Below, piece by piece: positions 25,525-37,074 of a DNA stretch of 64,000 bases. The stretch is from Squalus acanthias (lineage: Eukaryota), in contig CM059433.1 in the NCBI GenBank assembly GCA_030390025.1, positions 24,182,001 to 24,246,000 on the forward strand, read 5' to 3'. Position numbers and translations under genes: made by a program. Below the pieces are notes generated by a model that had not been told where the DNA came from, searched no databases, and saw nothing but the letters and a program-made list of their open reading frames with translations. The first letter of the stretch is position 1; every line of letters begins with the position of its first letter.

Positions 25525-28500
25525 AACATCGTTAGAGCACAGTAGGAGGCCATTCGGCCCGTCGAGCCCGTGCTGGCTCTCTGCAAGAGTACTTCAGCTC
25601 GTCCCAATCCCCCTCCCTTTCCCCGTAGCCCTGCACTTTTTTTTTCCTTCAGGGACTTATCTAGCTCCCTTTTGAAAGCCACGATTGAATCTGCCTCCAC
25701 CACCTTTTGAACACCTCTATCAAATCTCCTCTCAATCTTCTCTGCTCTAAAGAAAGAAAGGCCACCGGACGTCTCAAAGCGCTTTACAGTCACTGAAGTA
25801 CTTATTGAAGTGGAGTCACTGTTGTAATGTGGGAAACGCGGCAAACAATTTGTGCACAGCAAGCTCCCACAAACAGCAATGTGATAATGACCAGATAATC
25901 TGTTTTTGTGATGTTGGTTGAGGGATAAATATTGGCCAGGACACCAGGGATAACTCCCCTGCTCTTCTGCCATGGGATCTTTTACGTCCACCTGAGAGAG
26001 CAGACGGAGCCTTGGTTTAACGTCTCATCTGAAAGACGGCACCTCCGACAGTACAGCACTCCCTCAGCACTGTACTGGAGTGTCAGCCTAGCTTTATGTG
26101 CTCAAGTGTCCTCCTCAAATTCGGCTGCCCTCAAAAGTTTGTCACCATCCTCCGCCTGCTTCACGACGACATGCAAGCCGTGATCCTGACCAACGGTTCC
26201 ACCACAGACCCAATTCATGTACGGACCGGGGTCAAGCAAGGCTGTGTCATTGCACCAACGCTCTTCTCGATCTTCCTTGCGGCAATGTTCCATCTCACCC
26301 TCAGTAAGCTCCCCGCTGGAGTGGAGCTAATTTACAGAACAAACGGGAAACTGTTCAACCTCCATCGCCTCCAGTCCAGATCCAAGGTCATCCCTTCCTC
26401 TGTCGTCGAATTACAGTATGCAGACGACGCTTGCGTCTGCGCACACTCAGAGGTCGAACTCCAAACCATCATTAACACCTTCACCGAAGCGTACGAGAGC
26501 ATGGGCCTTACACTAAACATCTGTAAGATAAAGGTCCTCTACCAACCTGCCCCCGCCACACAGTACTGCCCCCCAATTATCAAAATCCATGACAAGGCCT
26601 TGGACAACGTGGACCACTTTCCATACCTTGGGAGCCTACTGTCAACAAGGGCAGATGGCGATGACGAAGTCCAACACCGCCTTCAGTGTGCCAGTGCAGC
26701 CTTCGGTCACCTGAGGAAGAGAGTGTTTGAAGACCAGGACCTCAAACCTGGCACCAAGCTCATGGTCTCTCAGTAGTAATACCCGCCCTCCTGTATGCCT
26801 CAGAGACATGGACCATGTACAGCAGGCACCTCAAAGCACTGGAGAGGTACCAGCAACGCTGCCTCCGCAAGATCCTGCAAATCCATTGGCAGGATAGGCA
26901 CACCAACGTCAGTGTTCTTGCTCAGGCCAACATCCCCAGCATCAAAGCTTTGACCACACTCGATCAGCTCCGATGGATGGGTCACATCGTCCGCATGCCC
27001 GATACGAGACTCCCAAAACAAGTGCTCTACTCGGAGCTCCGACATGGCAAGAGGGCCCCAGGTGGGCAGAGGAAACGCTTCAAGGACACCCTCAAAGCCT
27101 CCTTGAAAAAGTGCAACATCCCCACTGACACCTGGGAATCCCTGGCCCAAGACCGTACGAAGTGGAGGAGAAGCATCCGGGAAGGCGCCGAATACTTCAA
27201 GTCTCTTCGCCAGAAGCAAGCGGAAGCCAAGCGCAAACAGCGCAAGGAGTGCACGTCAACCCAAGCACCCCACCCACCCATTCAACCACCGTCTGCCCCA
27301 CCTGTGACAGAGACTGTAGGTCCTGCATTGGACTCATCAGTCACCTGAGAACTCATTTTTAATGTGGAAGCAAGTCATCTTCGGTTCAGAGGGACTGCCT
27401 AAGAAGAAGAGAAGATGTGCTCAAGTCCTTGGAGTGGGACTTGAACCCACAACCTTTGGACTCAGAGGCATGTGTGCTACCAACTGAGCCACAGCTGACA
27501 CCTAAGAAGAACAACCCCAGCTTCTTCAGTCTATCCATGTAACTGAAGTCCCTCATCCCTGGAACCATTCTTGTAAATCTTTTCTGCACCCTCTCTGAAG
27601 CCTTCACATCCTTCCTAAAGTGCGGTGCCCAGAATTGGAGACAATACTCCAGTTGTGGCCGAGCCAGTGTTTTATAAAGGTTCATCATAACTTCCTTGCT
27701 TTTGTACAAGTCTCTATTTATAAAGGCCAGGATCCCATATTCTTTTTTAATCGCTTTCTCAACCTGCCCTGCCACCTTCAACGTTTTTTGCACATCTACC
27801 CCCAGGTCTCTCTGCTCATGTACCCCCTTTAGAATTGTACCCTTTAGTTTATATTGCCTCTCCTTGTTCTTCCTACCAAAATGTAACACTTCGTACTTTT
27901 CTGCGTTAAACTTCATCTGCCACGTGTCCGCCCATTCCACCAGCCTGTCTATGTCCTCTTGAAGTCTATCACTATTCTCCTCACTGTTCACTATACTTCC
28001 AAGATTTGTATCATCCGCAAATTTTGAAATTGTGCCCTGTACACCTAAGTCCAAATCATTAATATATATCAAGAAAAGCAGTGGTCCTAGTACCGACCCC
28101 TGGGGAACACCACTGTATACTTTCCTCCAGTCCGAAAAACAACCGTTCACCACTACTCTCTGTTTCCTGTCACTTAGCCAATTTTATATCAATGCTGCCA
28201 CTGTCCCTTTTATACCATGGGCTTCAACTTTGTTGGCAAGCCTATTATGTGGCACTTTATCAAACGCCTTTTTGGAAGTCCCTGTACACCACGTCAACCG
28301 CATTGCCCTCATCAACCCTCTCAGTTACCTCATCAAAAAATTCAATGAAGTGAATTAAACACGATTTGCCTTTAACAAATCCGTACTGCCTTTCCTTAAT
28401 TAATCCACACTTGTCCAAGTGACTGTTAATTTTGTCCCAGATTATCGTTTCTAAAAGCTTCCCACCACCGAGGTTAAGCTGACTGGCCTGTAGTTGCTGG

Positions 28501-29462
28501 GTTTATCCTTATACACTTTTTTGAACAAGGGTGTAACATTTGCAATTCTCCAGTCCTCTGGCACCATCCCCGTATCTAAGGAGGATTGGAAGATTATGGC
28601 CAGTACCTCAGCAATTTCCACCTTTACTTCCCTCAACATCCTTCGATGCCTCCCATCTGGCCCTGGTGACTTATTTACTTTAAGTACAGCAATCCTTTCT
28701 AGTACCTCCCGTTTATCAATTTTTATCCCATCTAATATCTCTTCTTTCACTATGACTTTGGCAGCATCTTCTTCCTTGGTAAAGACAGATGCAAAGTACT
28801 CATTTAGTACCTCAGCTATGCCCTCTACCTCCATGCGTAGGTCTCCTTTTTGATCCCTAATCAGCCCCACCCCTCCTCTTACTAACTGTTTACTACTTAA
28901 CTGCCTATAGAAGACTTTTGGATTCCCTTTTATGTTAGCTGCCAGTCTATTCTCATACTCTCTCTTTGTCCCTCTTATTTCCTTTTTCACTTCCCCTCTG
29001 AACTTTCTGTATTCAGCCTGGTTCTCACTTGTACTCTCAACCTGACATCTGTCATACGCCCCTTTTTTCTGCTTTATCGTACTCTCTATCTCTTTCGTCA
29101 TCCCGGGAGCTCTGGCTTTGGTTGCCCTACCTTTCCCCCTCGTGGGAATGTACCTTGACTATACCTGAACCACCTCCTCTTTAAAGGCAGCACATTGTTC
29201 AATTACACTGTTGCCTGCCAATCTTTGATTCCAATTTACCCGGGCCAGGTCTGTTCTCGACCCACTGAAATTGGCCCTCCTCCAATTAAGAATTTTGACT
29301 CTAGATTGCTCTTTGTCCTTTTTCATAGCTAACCTAAACCTTATGATACTATGATCACTGTTCCCTAAATGTTCCCCTACTGAAACTTGATCCACCTGAT
29401 GCACCTCATTCCCCAGAACCGGATCCAGCAATGCCTCCTTCCTCATTGGGCCAGAAACATAC
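25525..29462 (-). mobile_element. CR1 LINE interrupted by a Deu-SINE (25750-27500), itself interrupted by an RTE
   Basis: ORF2 pieces at 29159-29491, 28451-29101 and 27505-28153; the 3' end resumes at 25750-25525. Confidence 0.9.
26108..27414 (+). mobile_element. 5'-truncated RTE-clade LINE
   Basis: Motifs GVKQGCVIAPTLF, LQYADD, FPYLGS and QLRWMGHIVRMPDTRLPKQVLY, plus a C-terminal CPTC..HLRTH. (AAG)n tail; 12-bp TSD ATGTGCTCAAGT at 26096-26107 and 27415-27426. Confidence 0.93.
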
Positions 29463-31212
29463 TTTGATACTATGACACTACTTAATTGCAAGTAAATTAA
29501 ATAATACTGGGTAATTTTCTGCTGTCAGCACATATCAGAAAATTGCAGGCATATTGCCCGTGATTTTTTTTAAATACAGTGAGAAATTCAGATAGGTATT
29601 TTGGAGTTTCATTTGTTTTGCCTTTATTATTGGAGGTAGGGTCAGAGACAAACTTTTCAAAATCTTTCATTAGATGATATTGGGTTGAGTAATTTATAGA
29701 GATCATTGCACATGGCCAGTGGAAGGAATGAGACTGATTGACTAAATGCTGTTTCTTGTTTCATGTACCCAACATGCACTGGAGGTGGCCGAGGTACCTC
29801 ACTGTCGCCTGCTTACTCGGAAAGTGTACTCCTGTAGGTCTAAATTCAGACATGGAACAGCAGTGTAGACCTTAGAAATAAGTAGGGTTAGTGAAGTATT
29901 ACGTAGTTGATTGAGAATTGGGAAGGGTATTAAGGGTTACGGAACCAAGGTGGGCAGATGGAGTTAAGATACTGATCAGCCATGATCTAATGGCAGGACA
30001 TGCTCGAGGGGCTGAATGACCTACTCCTGTCCTTATGGAAGAGTACTGAAATTTGGCAAATACTGTAATTTTAAAGAAACTAAAACCCCAGAGGCACATG
30101 CAGCATGACAGTACAATGCATTGAAGCTCCAAAACACTGCGCCGCAATAGGAAGGATGTGGGCTTGGGACTGCCACATCCCACTTGCTAAGTTCCTTCAT
30201 TTCAGCAAGTACTACAGTGTCGCGGTGTCAAGCAGTGGCCGAGCTCTTCTCTATTTGGAGTGAGGGAGACTAAAAAGGAAAAGTCACCCCATGACTCTCT
30301 GGCACTCCTCCTGCTTTCAGGTCGACTTTGGAAGTACTCTGGGAACAGGTTGACCAGAACTAATGAATGGCACAGGACTCTGAAGAAATAGGAAGGAGTG
30401 GAAGGGCCTTAAAAAGACAGACAGAAAGAACAGCTGAGAGGAACGATACTGAGAATCTGGACCCTGGAGTCTAGCTCGTGTTGGGTAGTAAAATGCAGAA
30501 ATATTGTAAAGGGAAACAGGTCATCACCCAAAATCAATCAGGATAACTGGATGCAAATATGCATTTCCAAGCTAGTGATTGTCTCTCAAACTTACTGGGA
30601 GGTGGCCAAGCCAGCAGGTGGCGTGGCACATAGAAAGCTCCCATTTTGTAAGACTGGCAAAATTGAGGCTACGCTTGCTTGTGCTGCAGGTGCAGCATGC
30701 TAGCAGCAGGGGGTGCTGGCCTCGCGGATTTTTCTCAGTCCTGTTCCTCCCCTACATTTAAATAGGCTCTCTACATGTTGGAAACGTGTGCCGGGAACGT
30801 GGTCATAAATGCTATTGGTTGAGGGGTGAAAATACAGCCAGGCAGCAGCTCGTAAAGGGTAGCTGCTGACTTTTAGAGGACAACTGAACTTTTTCTGTCC
30901 TGTATCTGACACCATCAAGGCTCTGCACCACTGGCAGAATCTAGTCCAATTTGCCATCGTGTTTCAAGAGGCCCTTCAGAAAGTTGTCGAGAGTACACTA
31001 ATAAGGAAGACAGAATTAGACCATTTATCTCTGATATCTAGCATTTGATGGCGTCCATTTGTCACTTGAGCTCCTACCCACACAGTAGGCTGGCCAATAG
31101 AGCACGTTCCCTATTTAAACAGCCGAGGAGCACTAAATGACTTGAGCGGCGATTTAAACAGCTGTGTTGTAGCCTGAGATAGCAGGGAAGGGGTTTGCTA
31201 AATTCCTGCAAA

Positions 31213-31410
31213 ATGGAGGTTTCCCATTCACACTACTAGATTTGATGATGCAATGTTGGAGCTGATGATCCAGGAAGTGAGGGAAAGGAGGCAGTTCTCT
31301 ATGGCACAGAAGAGTGCCTTCCACAGAAAAACCTTGCAAGAGGTAGCCGACCAGGCGAATACTGTCTACAACACCCAGGACAAGAAAGCTGCCACGGTAA
31401 GGTTCTGAAA
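31213..31410 (+). pseudogene. Decayed Harbinger Myb/SANT exon remnant
   Basis: Reads TRFDDAMLELMIQEVRERRQF...RKTLQEVADQANTV, resembling the Myb exon at 33734-33970. Confidence 0.5.
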
Positions 31411-31811
31411 CAGCTTTCTAGGCTCCAAAAAATGCATGCCAGCACAAAGCGTTTTCTCATAACCTCTTACCACTGCCCCATCCAATACATTCATACAACT
31501 ATAATCTAGGTAGTACTGCCAGGAGATAAACAGCCAACTTCCCATGCATAAATACAAACTTAGAACTGAAATCTTTGGCACACTGAAATTGTAGAGGCCT
31601 CATATCGTAAATTCTTCAAATGCAGGCTAGCTGCATGTTTATTCAATAACACAAGGATGGGCCGCAGGTTAGGCAAATGTGTGCCACTGTATGTGTAACG
31701 TTGCAGCCTAGAACTTCATTCTCAAAAGCCTGCTGGCAGGAACTGGGAGCAGGGAACGATCTCTGCGCCTGAATGGGTAGGCCTGAGGCACACCCAATAT
31801 TGAGTTTCGAG

Positions 31812-32086
31812 CCTTAATCTGTCACATTAACACCACCTCTAGCCTTGCATATCTCTTAATGTCTCTTCATCTCCCCCTTTGTTCCTTTATCCCCTCCCCC
31901 TTTTCCCAGCTTTACCCTGGCCTTAAATCTATTTGATTTCCGGCTCTTCCCAGTTCTGATGAAAGGTCATCGACCTGAAACGTTAACTCTCTTTCTCTCT
32001 CCACGGATGCTGCCTGGCCTGCTGAGTTTTTCCAGCGTTTTCTGTTGTTATTTCGGATTTCCAGCATCCGCAGTATTTTGCTATCG
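31812..32086 (+). mobile_element. Short Penelope-like (pseudo-LTR) retroelement carrying a minimal hammerhead ribozyme
   Basis: Flanked by the 14-bp direct repeat TATTGAGTTTCGAG (31798-31811, 32087-32100). About 200 bp are near-identical to 60086-60287 in inverted orientation. Confidence 0.75.
31952..31988 (+). ncRNA. Minimal type I hammerhead ribozyme motif (GUU site)
   Basis: AGTT-CTGATGA-A-AGGTC-atc-GACCT-GAAA-CGTT-AACT: intact catalytic core, 5-bp stem II, 4-bp stem I and palindromic ACGT stem III. Confidence 0.75.
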
Positions 32087-33733
32087 TATTGAGTTTCGAG
32101 TCTTGAGCCTCATTTAACGGACACCTGCTAGGCATCCCCACCCAGGCAGCTCGCTGGCGAAGGGACCTGGAATTTTGGGCCACTGTGTCGCCAGCTTAAA
32201 CGGGAAGGGAAATCGATCGGGGGTGAAGACGACTGGGGGTTGGCAACGGTCTAGGGCGGGGGGGGGGGGGAGTGGGGGCTGTCTGTAGTGGACCCCCATA
32301 TTCAGGTACATAATTTTTTTTTAAATACCGTTTTGCTGGCTCCTTTTAGGATCCGCTGGTCAGGCTGCATGTAAAACAAGTTAGGGCAATCCAATTTTGC
32401 ACAGGGAGCCTCAAACAGGCATTAGGCCTGTAAGAGTAGGTATACTGGATAGAATAGCCAGCACCATATTAGGCAGGATTATAGTAGTAGTAAGAGTTAA
32501 TGCAATTAAATCAGTCTCTGAACATAAAGAGCTGCAGAGACCAGCACTGTGGCGTGAGAAGATGCAAAAAAAGGAATCTTGATAAGTGGATTGGTGCCAG
32601 TGTGTCTGGAGAACAGGAGTGTGATGGAATAATGAGTCTCTGTACTTCTTTATGTAATAAATATCTGAGAGAGATAAGGGTGTAAATGCCATTATAAATA
32701 GATGTGGTCACTGTAAGGGGTGAGACCTGTGGCTCTGTGCTTAGCCTGGGTGCTAGTGCGAGGTTAGGCCTTGTTGCCTGTTCTGGTCTCCAGCCAGCCT
32801 GGTAACACTAGACACCTGTGAGTGGTTCGACCCACTCGCCCTTACGGTTCTGACACTGGACTTAGGTGCGAGAGCAATAATGCAGAGAAAACTCAGGTAG
32901 ACCCGGTTGAATAGTGCGAAATGGAAAATCTTTATTGCATATTATTCAAGATTACGAAATACATGTCATAAGCACAGATTAATGACAGTACAATCTTACA
33001 CGCAGTTATGTAACTAATTTTTGGGAAACGAGGAGCGCACGACACATCGTAAAAGGGGGCACACATTACAATTATCCTTAAAACTTAAACCCTCCCCTAT
33101 CAATACCTGTCCTAAACTAGATTTGTAGGATCGAGACTCATGCTCACCACTCGTGATAACTCGGAGAATTCCGAAACTCTGCTCGGATGTTTTTCCTGCA
33201 GCACCTGACCACCCACGTGTTGATCAGGGGTCTCTGTACCCCACTTGTTTACTCGTTTCTGCTCCGGCTAGCAGGCTGGACCGTCTGCTGTCATGAAGAT
33301 CTGTGTTGTCCTCGGAGTTCCGACACTACTCAAAAAAGAGTCTTCCTGTGCCCTCACCAGTTTGTAAAACTCAAAGGGGGAAAAATTAGGTCGCGCCCCG
33401 TTTGGGGCGCAAATATCGTCTGGACGCAAATATTAGCGCCTGGCGCTAATTATTGCCACTGACTGGAAACTTCACTTTTACCGCCCCGGGAGGTGAGTGG
33501 GGCGCTAAATCAGGCGCTGCACACCTGTCTTTTGGCGCAAAGGCCAAGCAGTGAGGCGCTAACTCAGCGCGTGAGCGCAGCGCAGGTGCTGCCAGTTAGC
33601 GAGGGAACACAGACACACTGGCGCCGGCCAGTTCTTAAAGCGGGGGGGGCAACTTGCTCCCCAGCCACACCCTGCTCATTGCAGCCTTGAATCTCGGCCT
33701 GGAGAGACCTGTGAATCCATTTTGCTGCCAAGG

Positions 33734-35607
33734 ATGGAGAGGGTGAGAGAACGAGCTCAGCGCTTCACCGAGCGGGCCTTGGATGCTCTGGTTGGCGCGG
33801 TGGAGCGCAGAAGATGTATACTCTTCCCTGAGAGTGGCAGGAGGCCTTTGCCACGCGAGTACAGAAGAGTGTGGAGGGAGGTGGCTCAGAGCGTCTCCTC
33901 CAGGAGCATGGTGCCCAGGACCCATGTTCAATGCCGCAAAAAGTTCAACGACCTCACTCAGGTCGTCAGGGTGAGTGGCTTTTTCTCAATACCTCTCCAT
34001 CCCTCCATCTCAACCTCACTCTATGGCCAGACGGTCTTAAAACCCCAATGCACAACACTCATCCAACACCTATGGCCCTTTCATGAAACACACACACACA
34101 TTCCACACTTTGCATACAGTAAGGGCTATTCACCTATGGGAGGCACATCAGGCAAGACCATGGCTGTATACAGTAAGGGCTATTCACCTATGGGAGGCAC
34201 ATCAGGCAAGACCATGGCTGTATACAGTAAGGGCGATTCACCTATGGGAGGCACATCAGGCAAGACCATGGCTGTATATTTACTCAGATGCTGTCCTTTT
34301 TCTTGCAGGCCAAGCTGGCGCATAATAGGAGACAGCAGCAACGGACAGGTGGAGGGCGGCCTCAGCTGCAACCCCTCAGCGATCTTGAGGAGCGCGTCCA
34401 CAGGATTGTGGCAAGCCGGGTGATCGGTCCCGTCGCCACTGGAGACGCCGACCCAGTTCTGGACAGCAATGGTAAGGTCATCACCTTTTTGTCCTCTGTC
34501 CTTCCACTTGTCACTCACAACACCAGCCTTTGACACTTTCAATCCAACTTGCTAACTCGCTGCACTTATTCCTCCCTTACTGCCACCCTGTCCTCACGCT
34601 AAAGCCACTCTTGTACCTCCCTGCTTTCAGATGGTGATTCACCAGCTGAGGAGATGGGCCCTGAAGCTGCCAGTGGGAGTGAAGCTGCAGCCGAGGAGGA
34701 AGAGGAAGCCGAAGCATCAGTGCCACCCTCTCCCGAGGAAGCCCATGCCCACACTGGGAACACGCCTTCCCTGGAGGGGAGCAGGGGGGAAGGGTCTGAT
34801 GAGGGTGAAGCTCCAGGACCCAGTGGGCTGCAGCAACGCCATGGGGTTAGGGAAGAACGGGGGCCTTCTCCCCAGAGGGAGAGTATGCCAGCGACTCCTA
34901 CTGCAATGGACGCAGAGGAGGAGCGGCTGATCGCAGAAATGAACACCCAGGCGGTGGGCATGCACACTGAGCTCATGGGTGCAGTGGGAAGGGTGCCCGA
35001 ATGCATTGAGTCACTGGCAAAGAGTGTGGAGCACTTTGCTGTAGCACAGGCGGATGCCACACTAACGCTTAGTGCTGCAATTCAGTCACTGACTGCCGTG
35101 ATCCCATCTCTGACTGCTCTCATGCAGACTCAGATTGAGGCCACGCGAGCACTGACTGCTGCCAACCTCGATGGTTCGTTCACATGTCCCCGGGGCTCTC
35201 ACCGCACCGCAGCAGGCCAGCAATCTGTGCTCCAGCAGATTGCTCCGGATGCTGAAGTGCTGCCCCGTGGGAGTGCCAGTGTGTCGGGCGAGCAGGGAGT
35301 TGCTGTCCTCTCTCACGATGACAGCATTCCTGCTGCCAACACTGTCACTTCTCCACTGCACTTGCCACCGCCTGTAGGACAGACTGCTGCCGCCCATGCA
35401 GAGTTGGTGCAGTCTGCAGCCGGGCCCTCCAGGCCCAGAACTGGTCGAGGCCGTCCTTCAGGGGCATCTGCAGTGTCAGGGTCTGACGATCAGCAGCCTT
35501 CCACCAGCCTTGCTGCAGCCACTGAGGTCCCATTACGGAGGAGCAGTAGGGTTAGAAGGGGGGAAGTGCGCAAGGGAAGGAGATCACCCTCGAAGGGCAA
35601 AAAGTAG
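33734..35607 (+). CDS. Harbinger Myb/SANT-like DNA-binding protein, 3 exons (33734-33970, 34309-34471, 34631-35607), 458 aa
   Basis: Exon 1 reads RFTERALDALV...VWREVAQSV...RTHVQCRKKFNDL. Junctions are gtgagt/ttgcag and gtaagg/tttcag with compatible phases (0 and 1). The spliced ORF of 1377 nt has no internal stop. Confidence 0.88.
34114..34278 (+). repeat. Three tandem copies of a 54-bp unit in intron 1 of the Harbinger Myb gene
   Basis: atacagtaagggctattcacctatgggaggcacatcaggcaagaccatggctgt x3, with one substitution. Confidence 0.95.
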
Positions 35608-35913
35608 GAGGTGTGACAAAATGCTGGTCATTTTTTTATTAAAGGCCGAGGTTCGTGGTCCAACTTTTGTCTAGTGTTTTGGACTCCAGGTTGTGAGAAC
35701 CAGTTATGTTAATGACTGTTTTTTTGTGTTTATTTCTATGAGTTTGTCATGAGGAAATGACACACACAGAGTTTGTAAAATAAATAATTTTTTGTATTCA
35801 AAATATACATGTTTGGTGTTTGGAATCATTGGTGCCTTGGCCGGCTTAGGGGTTGCGTGCTGGGTTCATTGATGTTGTTAGCAACGGCAGAAGCCATTTC
35901 CACAGCAGGGGCC

Positions 35914-37074
35914 CTAGAAGCGGTTTGCTATCAGCCGTTGACGGACGGCCCTTGCAGTTTCACCATTGTGGGCCGCCCTCCCGCCTTGGTGCTGCTGATG
36001 ATCATCCTCCTCGTCCTCTTCCTACTCTTCCTCCTCCACCTCTGGTGGTGCTCTAAGGCCTGGTGGCATTGGCTGGGTCCTGACGATTGCCATGTTATGC
36101 AACATGCAGCACAGAACTACGAAGTTGGATACTCGCTCAGGCGAGTACTGCAGGGCTCCTCCAGAATGGTCGAGACAGTGGAACCGTTGCTTCAGCACGC
36201 CGATTGTGCGCTCAATGATGTTCCTGGTAGCTTGATGGCTCTCGTTGTACCGCAGCTCAGCAGGGGTGTTGGGCGTACGGAGCGGTGTCATCAGCCAGGT
36301 GCTCAATGGATACCCCTTGTCCCTGAGAAGCCAACCAACTGGCTGATGCGGTGCCTCGAAAAGTTCTGCCACAGTAGTCTGTCGCAGGATGAAAGCATCG
36401 TGGCAGCTGCCAGGATAGTGGGCATTGACAGCGAGTATCAGCTGTCTGTGGTCACAGACAAACTGAACATTCAAGGAATGGAACCCCTTTCTGTTCCGGA
36501 AATCCTCGGCATTCTCATGTGGAGCACGCAAAGCCACATGCGTGCAGTCAATGGCGCCCTGCACCATGGGGAAGCCCGCTATCCTCGCAAAGCCCAGAGC
36601 GCGGTCACGCTGCTTGTCTAGGGTCATGGGGAAAGAGATGAACTCTCGTCTCCTTTTAAAGAGGGCATTTGTGACCTGCCGGATGCAGCAATGCACCGCG
36701 AACTGGGAGATATTGGCGAGGTCCCCAGCAGCAGCTTGAAATGAGCCAGTAGCATAGAAGTTGAGAGCCACTGTGACCTTCACTGCCACCGACAGAGACG
36801 TCCTGGACCTCAGTTGAGGCTGCAGATCTGGCTGCAGCAGGTGGCAGAGCTCAGTGACCACCTCCTTGCTGAATCGCAGCCTTCGCAAATACAGCTCCTC
36901 AGACATATGAATGTAGGAGAGCTGTTCACGATATACCCTGGGAGGGTAAGCTCTCCTGTACATACGCCTGTTGGCCCTCCTCCGTCTGGCCATCATTGCC
37001 GCTCTCTCTCTGCGTCTCTGTGTCCTCCGATTCAGCTGGAGCAGGACGACGCCCCCATTCAGTGCAGCCCCCAT
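35914..37074 (-). pseudogene. Harbinger (HARBI1-like) DDE transposase, 386 codons with one in-frame TAG at 36022-36024
   Basis: Motifs GAIDCTH, HDAFIL, LLRDKGYP and RNIIERTIGVLKQRF. The frame continues past the TAG inside a poly-Glu tract to ...ARAVRQRLIANRF*. Confidence 0.9.

Noticed and set aside
34114..34278. 54-bp repeats as a CRISPR array
   Set aside because: The units are contiguous with no spacers and lie inside a transposon intron.
35809..36621. 270-aa plus-strand ORF
   Set aside because: Antisense shadow of the transposase ORF; no recognisable motif.
35914..37074. Domesticated HARBI1 / NAIF1 host genes
   Set aside because: Both genes lie inside TIRs with a TSD, within an LTR-like repeat, and the transposase has a nonsense codon. 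This is a transposon copy.
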